Assembly: GCA_040219255.1 (NCBI GenBank)
Contig: JAVJSW010000033.1
Span: forward strand, 1-64,000
DNA from: Sumerlaeia bacterium
GTDB lineage: Bacteria > Sumerlaeota > Sumerlaeia > SLMS01 > JAHLLQ01
Length of the DNA: 64,000 nt
Direction of reading: 5' to 3'
The translations under genes and the position numbers were made by a program. The notes under the pieces were generated by a model that was not told where the DNA came from, searched no databases, and saw nothing but the letters and a program-made list of their open reading frames with translations. Below are positions 9,146 through 18,033 of the stretch, one piece after another. The first letter of the stretch is position 1. Each line of letters begins with the position of its first letter.

Positions 9146-9958
9146 ATGCTAAGGACTTCACAAACAGCGACTCGAAAACCGGAGGGCCGACTGCTCACCA
9201 CGGCGGTCTGCGCGGCGTTCCTGGGCGCCGCCGGGTTGGGTCTTGCCCAGCAAGATGGCGAACCACGCATCGGCGAGACTCGCGATGTGCTGGAAAAGTG
9301 GGTGGAAACCAAGCGGCTGATTTCGAAAGAGAAGCAGCAGCTCCAGCTCTCCCGCGAGGTGCTCGACGAACGAATCAAGCTGATCGAGCGCGAGATCGAG
9401 GCCCTGCGCGGCAAGATTGGCGAAGCGGAGGAAAGCATCGCCGAAGCCGACAAGAAGCGTGTCGAGCTGATGGACGAAAACGAAAAGCTGAAGGCGGCGT
9501 CGGCGTCGCTCGGCGATGTGCTCGCGTCGCTGGAGAAGGGGACGAAAGAGCTGCTGACCCGGCTGCCTGAACCCATCCGCGAGCGCGTGAAGCCGCTGAG
9601 CCAGCGCCTGCCGGACAACCCGGAGGAATCGGACCTGTCAGTGTCCCAGCGGTTCCAGAACGTGGTCGGCATCCTGAACGAAGTGAACAAGTTCCACCGC
9701 GAAATCACCGTGACGAGCGAAGTGCGCGAACTCTCTGACGGCAAGTCGGTCGAGGTGACGGCGCTCTATCTCGGCGTGGGCCAGGGGTATTACTCCGGCG
9801 CCAAGGGCACTGTGGCCGGCATCGGAACTGTGTCGGACGACGGCCAGTGGACCTGGATCGAGGCTAACGAAGCCGCCCCGCAAATCGCTCAAGCCATCGC
9901 CATCTTGCAGAACGAGCAAGTGGCTTCCTTCGTTCACGTTCCCGTTTCGGTGAAGTAA
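9146..9958 (+). CDS. DUF3450 / TtpB-like periplasmic coiled-coil protein
   Basis: Signal peptide, coiled coil, SVSQRFQNVVGILNE, EVTALYLGVGQGYY, WTW. Located directly before a TtpC-like gene. Confidence 0.75.
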   Translation: MLRTSQTATRKPEGRLLTTAVCAAFLGAAGLGLAQQDGEPRIGETRDVLEKWVETKRLISKEKQQLQLSREVLDERIKLIEREIEALRGKIGEAEESIAEADKKRVELMDENEKLKAASASLGDVLASLEKGTKELLTRLPEPIRERVKPLSQRLPDNPEESDLSVSQRFQNVVGILNEVNKFHREITVTSEVRELSDGKSVEVTALYLGVGQGYYSGAKGTVAGIGTVSDDGQWTWIEANEAAPQIAQAIAILQNEQVASFVHVPVSVK

Positions 9959-9968
9959 GGACTCTAAG

Positions 9969-11738
9969 ATGAAGACCCTTTTGACGCTCCTTTTTCTGAC
10001 GATGCTGGCGGTGGCTCCGGCCGCGGCCCAGCAAACGCAAGTGCCGCAAGCCACCCGCGATTTCGGCAGCGCCGCCCAATCGGCCCAGCAACGCCTCGAA
10101 GACAGCCTGAAAGAACTCGCCGCTTTGCGCGAGCAGGCCGCCAACGAAACCATTCCGCTGAGCCGGCGCCTCTCCGAACTCGAGAGCGAGTTGAGCGATG
10201 TGCGTCTGGAATTCCAGCAGACGAGCCGCATGCTCGACAGCCGCACCCTGGACCTCTCCAACCTGCGCTCGGAAATCCAGCGCCGCAAAGAAGAGTCCAC
10301 CTACCTGTCGAACCTTCTCGGCGAATACATCCGCAACTTCGAGTCGCGGCTCCATATCGCCGAGCTTCAGCGCTATGAAGAGGCGCTGGACGAAGCGCGG
10401 CTGGCGCCGGAGAACGACGCGCTCTCCGAGCAGGACGTTTACGAGAAGCAGGCGGCGTTGTTGACGCTGTCAGTGGATCGCCTCGAAGACGCCCTCGGCG
10501 GAACCACCTTCGAGGGTTCGGCCGTGGACGAAGCGGGCATCGTGAATCCGGGAACGTTCCTGCTGGTCGGCCCGGCGGCGCTGTTCGCCTCGCAGGACGG
10601 CCAGATCGTCGGCACGGCGGAGCAGCGGCTCGGTTCTCTCGAGCCAACCGTCGCCACCTTCCAGGACCCGGCCGACTCGGTGGCCGCTCGCGCTGTCATC
10701 GCGGATGCGAAAGGGGCCTTCCCCTTCGACCCGACGCTGGGCAACGCGCACAAAATCGAAGACACGGAAGAGACCTTTGCCGAGCACGTCGCCAAGGGCG
10801 GTCCGGTGATGATTCCGATTTTCATTCTGGCGGGGCTGTCGTTGCTGGTGGCGCTGTGCAAGTGGATCAGCTTCCTGGCGATCCGCGCGCCGGAGCGGAG
10901 TCAAGTCCGCGAACTGCTGGGCTACGTTTCCCGCCAGGACCGCTACGGCGCCAAGGAAGTCGCGGCGCAGATGAAGAAGCGGCGCCCGGACTTCAAGCGC
11001 GACTGGGTGATGGGGTTGCTCATCGGGCTGTTCTTCGGCCTGGGCGTCTGGGCGTTCCTGTCGCTCGATGTGGCGCGGTCGATCGCGCCGGGGCTGGCGC
11101 CGTTGGCTGAACAGTTCGGTCCGGCCATCTTCGTGGCGTTCTTCGGCATTATCGGGGCGGGTTTGCAGTTCCTGCTGCGCCTCGTCTTCGGTTATTCGCC
11201 CACGGCGGAAATGCTCTCCGACGGCGTCGAGCACCTGGAGTACCCGCCGGAGCTGATCGAGGAAGTGATGTACGAACGCATCCTGGCCGTGCGCCTGCAC
11301 CTCGAGGGCTGGCTGCCGTTCATCGCGATCTGCGCGGCGGCGGCCCCGCTGCTCGGTCTGCTGGGCACGGTGACCGGCATCATCAACACTTTCAAGCTGA
11401 TCACGGTCTTCGGCTCGGGCGACGTGAAGACGCTTTCCAGCGGTATTTCGGAGGCCCTGGTGACGACGGAGTTCGGTCTCATCACGGCCATTCCGGCGCT
11501 GCTGCTGCACGGGCTGCTGGTGCGCAAGGCGCGCGGCATTGTGAACCGAATGGAAACGGCGGGCGTTTCGCTGGTCAACACGGTCAGCAAGTCCCCGATG
11601 AACTTGACGGCGGTCGCCAAGAAGATGGCGGCCAACGATGACATGCGCATCACGCCGGGGTCCCGCCTGAACGTGCCGAAGCAGGAAGTCGACCGGGAAA
11701 GGGAAAGCGACGAGGAACTGGCGGCGTCCAGCGTCTGA
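9969..11738 (+). CDS. Extended MotA/TolQ/ExbB proton channel protein (TtpC-like)
   Basis: Signal peptide, long periplasmic coiled coil, FDPTLG...KGGPVMIPI, APLLGLLGTVTGIINTF, GISEALVTTEFGL. Confidence 0.9.
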   Translation: MKTLLTLLFLTMLAVAPAAAQQTQVPQATRDFGSAAQSAQQRLEDSLKELAALREQAANETIPLSRRLSELESELSDVRLEFQQTSRMLDSRTLDLSNLRSEIQRRKEESTYLSNLLGEYIRNFESRLHIAELQRYEEALDEARLAPENDALSEQDVYEKQAALLTLSVDRLEDALGGTTFEGSAVDEAGIVNPGTFLLVGPAALFASQDGQIVGTAEQRLGSLEPTVATFQDPADSVAARAVIADAKGAFPFDPTLGNAHKIEDTEETFAEHVAKGGPVMIPIFILAGLSLLVALCKWISFLAIRAPERSQVRELLGYVSRQDRYGAKEVAAQMKKRRPDFKRDWVMGLLIGLFFGLGVWAFLSLDVARSIAPGLAPLAEQFGPAIFVAFFGIIGAGLQFLLRLVFGYSPTAEMLSDGVEHLEYPPELIEEVMYERILAVRLHLEGWLPFIAICAAAAPLLGLLGTVTGIINTFKLITVFGSGDVKTLSSGISEALVTTEFGLITAIPALLLHGLLVRKARGIVNRMETAGVSLVNTVSKSPMNLTAVAKKMAANDDMRITPGSRLNVPKQEVDRERESDEELAASSV

Positions 11739-11773
11739 CCGTAAACCTCGTCGTGCTGTGAGGAGAAGGACCC

Positions 11774-12445
11774 ATGCTTGATGAACTGACAACGATGAAT
11801 CTACTGGCCAAGCTGGAACAGCTCTGGGAACAAGCCATCGAGATCTGGATTTCCGGCGGATGGGCCATGGTCGCCATCGCGGCGCTTTCGCTGATCCTGT
11901 TCGGCCTCGGCATCCACATCTACTTCCAGCTCTCCGACAAAGGTTTCAAGTCGGTGCGCGAGAAGACGTGGCGCCGCTGGATCGACGAGCCGGAAGAACG
12001 CAAAGGCAAGCTGGGCGAAATCCTGGACTTCGTCTCCGGCGGCAAGACCATCAAGGACACGGCGGTTTACTTCGAAGAACTGCGCGTGACCGAGGTGGTG
12101 CCTGTCGAGCGGGACCTGCGCGTCATGAAAATCTGCGTCAGCGCCGCGCCCTTGCTTGGTCTGCTGGGTACGGTGACGGGTATGCTGACGACCTTCGCGG
12201 CGCTGGCCGGCGGGTCGGGCGGCGACAAGACGATGGAGATGGTGGCAGGCGGTATTTCCGAGGCACTCGTCACCACCGAGACGGGCTTGGTGATCGCCCT
12301 CGCGGGGCTGTTCTTTCAGTACCAGCTCAGCCGCCGCCTCGACTATTACAAGGCCTTCCTGGCCCACCTGGAAAGCGTCTGCACGCAAAAGCTCTACAAG
12401 GAAATCCACAAGAACGATCCGTTCTACGCCGCCGAGGACTATTGA
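11774..12445 (+). CDS. exbB: ExbB/TolQ proton channel protein
   Basis: GGWAM, APLLGLLGTVTGMLTTF, GGISEALVTTETGL. Confidence 0.9.
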   Translation: MLDELTTMNLLAKLEQLWEQAIEIWISGGWAMVAIAALSLILFGLGIHIYFQLSDKGFKSVREKTWRRWIDEPEERKGKLGEILDFVSGGKTIKDTAVYFEELRVTEVVPVERDLRVMKICVSAAPLLGLLGTVTGMLTTFAALAGGSGGDKTMEMVAGGISEALVTTETGLVIALAGLFFQYQLSRRLDYYKAFLAHLESVCTQKLYKEIHKNDPFYAAEDY

Positions 12446-12495
12446 GTCCGGGCCGCGCGCGAATCGAACTGAACTGACAAGAGGGAGAAGGACCT

Positions 12496-12906
12496 ATGGG
12501 ACGTCTCAGCCGCATGACAGAGGAGAGCACGGAAGCATCGGTGGACATGTCGCCACTGATCGACTGCGTGTTCATCCTGCTGATTTTCTTCATCGTGACC
12601 ACGGTGTTCGTGGAAGAAACGGGGGTGGAAGTGGACAAGCCGCAAGCCGCCTCTTCGGTCCAACTGGAAAAGACCAGCATCCTGATCGCCCTGACGGATA
12701 AGGGTCAGGTGGTGTATGGCGGCCGCGAAATCGGTATCAGCGGCGTGCAGCCGCTGGTCAAGCGGATGCTCCAGACCGAGGACGTGCCGGTGATCGTCCA
12801 GGCTGACGTCGCCGCCGAGAGCGGGATGCTGGTGCGCATCATCGACGAAGCGAAGCTCGGCGGCGCGCAAAAAGTCAGCGTGGCCACGCGCCAGACGCGA
12901 GGCTAA
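12496..12906 (+). CDS. exbD: Biopolymer transport protein ExbD
   Basis: VDMSPLIDCVFILLIFFIVTT, VIVQAD, IIDEAKLGGA. Confidence 0.93.
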   Translation: MGRLSRMTEESTEASVDMSPLIDCVFILLIFFIVTTVFVEETGVEVDKPQAASSVQLEKTSILIALTDKGQVVYGGREIGISGVQPLVKRMLQTEDVPVIVQADVAAESGMLVRIIDEAKLGGAQKVSVATRQTRG

Positions 12907-12909
12907 GCG

Positions 12910-13587
12910 ATGAAGCGGGAAAATCGCCTTTGGGCCGCGATCCGGAACTCCTATCACCGCCTGGCGGTGGTGGGCGGCGGCATCGGCATGACGCTGGCCC
13001 TGTTCCTGATTCTGCCCCTGATTCAGACAATCAGCAAACCGCCGTCCGCGGATCTGGGGCTGCAAGCGATGGACACGACGACGCTCGAACCCCCGCCGCC
13101 GCCTCCGGAAGAAGAAGAGCCGGAGGAGGAAGAGGAACCGGAGGAAGAACCGCCGCCGGAGCTGACGGAGGAGACGCCGCCGCTGGATTTGTCCCAGCTC
13201 GAGCTGGCGCTGAATCCCGGCATGAGCGACGGCTGGCTGGGCGGCGATTTCGCCGTGAACCTGAACGCCGTGGCCGGGGGCGACAAGAAGACCGACGAGC
13301 TGTTTTCGCTCGCCGATCTGGACCAGAAACCCCGCGCCCTCTATCAGCCCGGTCCGCGCATCACGCCGGAAATCCGCAAAAACGCGCCGGGCACGGTGTA
13401 CGTGATCTTTATCGTGAATCAGGAAGGCCGCGTCGAAGAACCGCGCGTCCAGAAGTCCACCGGTCCGATGTTCGAGAAGTCGGCCCTGGACGCGATCGGC
13501 AAATGGAAATTCGAACCGGGTAAACGCGGCGGAAAACCTGTGCGTTTCCGCATGCGCGTGCCCATTACCTTCCCGGAAGGAATCTAG
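12910..13587 (+). CDS. tonB: Energy transducer TonB
   Basis: N-terminal TM, Pro/Glu-rich linker, TonB_C domain (GTVYVIFIVNQEGRV...FEKSALDAIGKWKFEPG...G.PV). Confidence 0.92.
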   Translation: MKRENRLWAAIRNSYHRLAVVGGGIGMTLALFLILPLIQTISKPPSADLGLQAMDTTTLEPPPPPPEEEEPEEEEEPEEEPPPELTEETPPLDLSQLELALNPGMSDGWLGGDFAVNLNAVAGGDKKTDELFSLADLDQKPRALYQPGPRITPEIRKNAPGTVYVIFIVNQEGRVEEPRVQKSTGPMFEKSALDAIGKWKFEPGKRGGKPVRFRMRVPITFPEGI

Positions 13588-13593
13588 TCTGAG

Positions 13594-15054
13594 ATGAAAA
13601 CGAGCCTGGAAATGATCCCCCAATCTGGTAGCACGGGCGTCCCGCCCGTGTCCCGCGGCGCCTTCGCGCGCATCGGCCGCTTCCTGTCCCGCTCGCGTGT
13701 GCTCGCCGCCGGCGCGGTGCTGGCGGGGTTGCTCGCCACGCAAGCCCCCGCCCAGGAAACCCCGGACCTCAACCTCTGGAACAGCCCCGCTTTCCGCCGC
13801 CAGGTGGTCGAAAGCTACATGGCCGAAACGGACATCGAACCCCGCGTGACGGAAGACGAGCGCGAGGCGATGCAGGAAATCCTCGAACTGATCGGCAACG
13901 AGCAGATGGACGAGGCCGCCGCCGCGATCCAGAAGGAAATCAAGCGCAACGCCGCCGCCAGCGCCGTTTTCGATTTCACCCTGGCGAACATTTATTTCCA
14001 GCAGGACAAGTTGGACGATGCCACTGCGTACTACCAGAAAGCCGTCGAGAAGTACTCGAAATTCCGCCGCGCGTGGAAGAACATGGGCATCATCGCCGTG
14101 CGCCAGAACCGTTTCGCCGACGCCCTGCCGGCCCTGACCCGCGTCGTCGAACTGGGCGAGAACAACGCCATCACCTACGGTCTGATGGGTTTCGCGTACT
14201 CGAACGAGGAAAACTTCCTCTCCGCCGAGTCCGCCTATCGTATGGCGATCCTGCTCGATCCGCAGACGATGGACTGGAAGATGGGTCTGGCCCGCGCGTT
14301 CTTTAAGCAGGAGCGCTACGCCGAAGCCGTCGCCCTGACCGGCCAGCTTCTCAAGGACGAACCGGAGCGCACGGACCTGTGGCTGCTCCAGGCGAACGCC
14401 TACCTAGGCAAGGGCGAGCCGAAGGAAGCCGCGGAAATCTACGAGCTGGTGGATTTGCTAGGCGGTTCGACCTTCGATAGCCTGAACATCCTCGGCGACA
14501 TCTACGTCAATGAAGAGCTGTACGAGCTGGCCGCCAATTCGTACATCAAGGCGATCCAGATGGAATCCGACGGCAAGCAGGAGCGCGCCATCCGCGCCGC
14601 CAAGGTGCTGGCCGCCCGGGGCGCTTTCGACGAAACAAAGCGCATCGTCCAGACGGTGCAGACGACCTATGGCTCGGGCCTCGATCAGGACGCCCGCATC
14701 GACCTGCTGAAGCTCGAAGGCCGCCTCGCTGTGGCGGAAGGCGCCGGCGATGAGGAAGTGCGGGTGCTGAAGGAAATCGTCGAACTCGATCCCCTTGATG
14801 GCGAGGCGCTGCTCCTCCTGGGTCAGCACGCCGCCCGCAACGAGGACCCGGAGCAGGCGATTTTCTATTACGAACGGGCCGCTAACCTCGAAGGCTTCGA
14901 GGCCGACGCCAAAGTCCGCCACGCCCAGCTTCTGGCCAGCCAGGAGAAGTACGACGAAGCCCTGCCCCTCTTGCGCCGTGCCCAGCAGGTCAACTACCGC
15001 GAAAACGTGCAGGAGTACCTGGAGCAGGTGGAACGGGTGGCGAAGCAGCGCTGA
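13594..15054 (+). CDS. Periplasmic tetratricopeptide repeat protein (TtpD-like); exact start uncertain
   Basis: Multiple TPRs (FTLANIYFQQDKLDDATAYYQKAV, AWKNMGIIAVRQNRFADALPAL). Follows tonB. Confidence 0.85.
   Translation: MKTSLEMIPQSGSTGVPPVSRGAFARIGRFLSRSRVLAAGAVLAGLLATQAPAQETPDLNLWNSPAFRRQVVESYMAETDIEPRVTEDEREAMQEILELIGNEQMDEAAAAIQKEIKRNAAASAVFDFTLANIYFQQDKLDDATAYYQKAVEKYSKFRRAWKNMGIIAVRQNRFADALPALTRVVELGENNAITYGLMGFAYSNEENFLSAESAYRMAILLDPQTMDWKMGLARAFFKQERYAEAVALTGQLLKDEPERTDLWLLQANAYLGKGEPKEAAEIYELVDLLGGSTFDSLNILGDIYVNEELYELAANSYIKAIQMESDGKQERAIRAAKVLAARGAFDETKRIVQTVQTTYGSGLDQDARIDLLKLEGRLAVAEGAGDEEVRVLKEIVELDPLDGEALLLLGQHAARNEDPEQAIFYYERAANLEGFEADAKVRHAQLLASQEKYDEALPLLRRAQQVNYRENVQEYLEQVERVAKQR
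13628..13650 (+). repeat. GTAG-type REP-like palindrome
   Basis: GTAG + CACGGGCG-TCC-CGCCCGTG, a perfect 8-bp stem preceded by the GTAG tetranucleotide. Confidence 0.55.
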
Positions 15055-15068
15055 CGTCAAACGTGCTC

Positions 15069-15088
15069 GTAGTCCCGCCTTCAGGCGG
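15069..15088 (+). repeat. GTAG-type REP-like palindrome
   Basis: GTAG-TC-CCGCCT-TC-AGGCGG, intergenic just after the TPR gene stop. Confidence 0.55.
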
Positions 15089-15128
15089 AAAAGCCACCCC
15101 ACAACCCTTCTCCATCGCCAATTCGTCC

Positions 15129-16250
15129 ATGAAACACCGCCACATCGCTCTCCTGCTCGCCCTCGCGCTCACCGCCCCCGCCTTCCCCAATCCCACGGAA
15201 GACGCCTATGAGGCGTACCTGGAAGGCGACTACGCCGAAGCCCTGGAAGAGGCCCGCGACGGCGCGGAGGACGGATCGGCGGCGGCCCAGTTCCTTCTGG
15301 GCCGCATGTATGCCGAAGGCGCGGGCGTGGAGGCCGATCTGGCTCAGGCGGCGGCCTGGTACGAAAAAGCGGCGGAGCAACAGTACGCCCCGGCGCAGCT
15401 CAACCTCGGGCTGCTGCTGGTGAAGGATGAAGGCGTCGCGCAGGGCGATGAGCGGGCGCGCCGGCTGTTCGCCTTCGCGGCGGAGGCGGATCTGCCAGAG
15501 GCGCAATACGCCTTGGCCCGGATGCTGCGCGAAGGGCGCGGCGGCGAGGCCGATCCGGACCGGGCGGCGAAGCTGTTTCGCCAGGCGGCGGATGGCGGGC
15601 TGCTCCTGGCGCAGATGGAAGTGGCCCGCATGTATGCCACAGGCGAGGGCGTGCAGCGCGATCCGAAGCGCGCCGCGAAGTACTATCGCCTCGCCGCCGC
15701 GCAGGGCGACGCCGAGGCCATGATGTCGCTGGGCCGCATGTTTCGCGGGGGTGGGGCTCTACCAACCGATCCCGAAGAAGCCGCCAAGTGGACCCGGCGG
15801 GCGGCCGAGCAAGGCCTTGTGGAAGCGAAGGCCGAGTACGGCCGGATGCTGATCGAAGGCGAAGGCGTCTTGCAGGATTACGCGGAAGCGGGTGTGTGGC
15901 TGAAGCAGGCGGCGGATGCGGGAGAGCCGCGCGCCCAGCACAATCTGGGGCTGATGGCGCTGAAGGGGCTGGGCCAGGAAAAGAAGCCCGCCGAGGCGGC
16001 CCAATGGTTCCGCCGCGCCGCGCATCAGGGACTGCCCGAGTCCCAGTTCTTCCTCGCCCGGTCGTACGAACTCGGCCACGGCGTCCCCGCCAGCCAAGTC
16101 ATCGCGGCCCAGTGGTATATCATGGCCGCGGAGAAGGGTTCGGCGCCCGCGGCACAGGCTCGCGACCGTCTCTTCGCCGCAATGGCGCCTTCGGAAGTGG
16201 CCCAGGCCAAGCGCCTCGCGCGGGATTGGACGCCGCCGGCCGGGCCATAG
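15129..16250 (+). CDS. Sel1-like repeat protein, secreted
   Basis: Signal MKHRHIALLLALALTAPAFP and about eight SLRs (AQFLLGRMYAEGAGVEADLAQAAAWYEKAAEQ). Confidence 0.93.
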   Translation: MKHRHIALLLALALTAPAFPNPTEDAYEAYLEGDYAEALEEARDGAEDGSAAAQFLLGRMYAEGAGVEADLAQAAAWYEKAAEQQYAPAQLNLGLLLVKDEGVAQGDERARRLFAFAAEADLPEAQYALARMLREGRGGEADPDRAAKLFRQAADGGLLLAQMEVARMYATGEGVQRDPKRAAKYYRLAAAQGDAEAMMSLGRMFRGGGALPTDPEEAAKWTRRAAEQGLVEAKAEYGRMLIEGEGVLQDYAEAGVWLKQAADAGEPRAQHNLGLMALKGLGQEKKPAEAAQWFRRAAHQGLPESQFFLARSYELGHGVPASQVIAAQWYIMAAEKGSAPAAQARDRLFAAMAPSEVAQAKRLARDWTPPAGP

Positions 16251-16252
16251 TT

Positions 16253-17458
16253 TTATCGCTCCGCCATCGCCGGCAGGTCCGCGCTCCAGGGCTGGCCCTT
16301 GTCCATCAGCATTTTGACCCAGGGCACGTAGATTTCCTGAACGAGTTCCGGCGCTTCGACGATGACGCTGGCTTCATTGTTCATCTCAAGGGCGTGGAAG
16401 CTCCAGTTGGTCGAGCCGACGAGGACCTTCTCGTCGTCGATGACCAGCATCTTGGCGTGGATTTGTTCCGCCGGGTCGTCCACCAGGACCTCGATACCGG
16501 CGTCGGCGAGGCGCTTGGCGAACTCGGTTTTGCTGCTGCCCCAGCCAATCTGGAAGTCCTCTTGCCAGGTCAGATCGAACAGTACACGCACCTTCACGCC
16601 GCGATCGTGGGCGGCGATCAACTCCCTGAGGATCAGGTTCGTTTCCGAAGGCTTGGCTGTGGGGCGATCGGGGTAAAGGTCGTAGACCTGCTCCGGCACG
16701 TCCTGATAGAACATGGCGTAGTTCTGCACCACATCGATGGAGGACTTGGCCTCGCGCAGCGCCCGTGCCAGCCGGACGTAGTAGTAGCGGTTGTTGAGGT
16801 AATCGACGTCCGCCGCCGGAAAGGCGCTCATGTTCAGCGTCTTCGGCGAGAGGGCGCCCTCGGCGGGGGCGGGCTGGATGCTCGGGTGGAGAAAGGGAAT
16901 GCCGTCGGCCACGCGGGCGGCGATGTACTTGTGATAGCGAACGACGGCTTCGCGCGACCACAGGATCACGGCCGCTTCGCGATTTCTCGACAGCGAGAAG
17001 TGCGTCCAGTTGATCGAGGCCACCACAACGCAGGCGCGATCGAAGACGGCGATCTTCTGGTGACTCTGGATTTCGTCCGGGTCGATATAGACGAGGGCGC
17101 CGGATTTGGCGAGGCGCTCCGCCACGTCCATATTGCGCTCGTCGTGGCCGCCCTTGAAGGTCGATTGATCGATCACAACGGTCACGACCACCCCTCGGGC
17201 CGAGGCTTTTTCGAGGGCGGCAATCATGTCGTTGCTGGCGCTGTCGGGGTATTCTGTGTAGAACTCGGCCTGGTAGAGGTTCAGTTCGATGGAGGACTGG
17301 GCGTTCTCGATCAGCTTCATCAGCGCCGGGTAATAATCGCGGTCGTTTATGGCGGTGACCTGGGCGGCGGGATCGTTCTGGGCGCCGATGCGCAGGGCCG
17401 GGCCGCAAAAGGCGGCGGCAAGAACGAGGGCGAAAACGCGGCGGAAAATATCGGACAT
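16253..17458 (-). CDS. Secreted phospholipase D-family protein (two HKD domains; phospholipase or Nuc-like nuclease)
   Basis: HQKIAVFD...SINWT...NREA and HAKMLVID...GSTNWS...NNEA motifs, plus a signal peptide. Confidence 0.88.
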   Translation of the reverse strand: MSDIFRRVFALVLAAAFCGPALRIGAQNDPAAQVTAINDRDYYPALMKLIENAQSSIELNLYQAEFYTEYPDSASNDMIAALEKASARGVVVTVVIDQSTFKGGHDERNMDVAERLAKSGALVYIDPDEIQSHQKIAVFDRACVVVASINWTHFSLSRNREAAVILWSREAVVRYHKYIAARVADGIPFLHPSIQPAPAEGALSPKTLNMSAFPAADVDYLNNRYYYVRLARALREAKSSIDVVQNYAMFYQDVPEQVYDLYPDRPTAKPSETNLILRELIAAHDRGVKVRVLFDLTWQEDFQIGWGSSKTEFAKRLADAGIEVLVDDPAEQIHAKMLVIDDEKVLVGSTNWSFHALEMNNEASVIVEAPELVQEIYVPWVKMLMDKGQPWSADLPAMAER

Positions 17459-17578
17459 GGCGGGCGTGGAAACTCCCCAATAAGACAGTGTCGGCCCAGA
17501 AGACCCGGCGCATCCAAGGGGACCGGAAAGAGGAAAGCAACGCTCTTTCGCACGGCTGCGTCATCGGACCAAGGGGGC

Positions 17579-17606
17579 TTGACACGGGCGGAGGGCTGTG
17601 TAGATT
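17579..17606 (+). promoter_or_regulatory. Sigma70-type promoter for rpsU
   Basis: TTGACA-16 nt-TAGATT with a TG upstream of the -10 element. Confidence 0.65.
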
Positions 17607-17680
17607 ACCCGACCGCTGCCATGGGGTGAATTGTGCCCCGGCGCAGCCAACGTTTAACCAGGAAGGTGGTGAAAACCCTT

Positions 17681-17896
17681 TTGCCCACAGTCGTTTACGT
17701 CGATCAAGACGAACCCATCGAGAAGGCTTTGAAGCGCTTCAAGAAGGAATGTCAGAAGGCTGGTATTCCCGCGGAAATCCGCCGCCGGGAATTCTACGAA
17801 AAGCCCTCTGAGAAGAAGAAGCGTAAGCTGGAAGCGAGCATTCGCAAGCATCGCCGCCGCATCGCCAAGATGCGCCGCCGCGAGCAGAACATGTAA
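17681..17896 (+). CDS. rpsU: 30S ribosomal protein S21
   Basis: [48 protein letters not shown] start about 10 nt after AAGGTGGTGA. Confidence 0.95.
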   Translation: MPTVVYVDQDEPIEKALKRFKKECQKAGIPAEIRRREFYEKPSEKKKRKLEASIRKHRRRIAKMRRREQNM

Positions 17897-17927
17897 GCGC
17901 TCGCCTTCTCTTCGGCATTCACCACCG

Positions 17928-17959
17928 CACCCCGCTCCGGTTCCGGAGCGGGGTGTTTT
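17928..17959 (+). terminator. Intrinsic terminator of rpsU
   Basis: CACCCCGCTCCGG-TT-CCGGAGCGGGGTG followed by TTTT. Confidence 0.8.
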
Positions 17960-18033
17960 CATTCCGGCCCCGTCCCCGGCTCCGCCGCCGCCTTCGGACG
18001 ATCCCACCGCGCGGCAAGTCCCCCCCCCCCCGC

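Noticed and set aside
18020-18031. C12 homopolymer as a phase-variation switch
   Set aside because: It lies between convergent genes just past the ATPase stop codon, not in a promoter or real reading frame.
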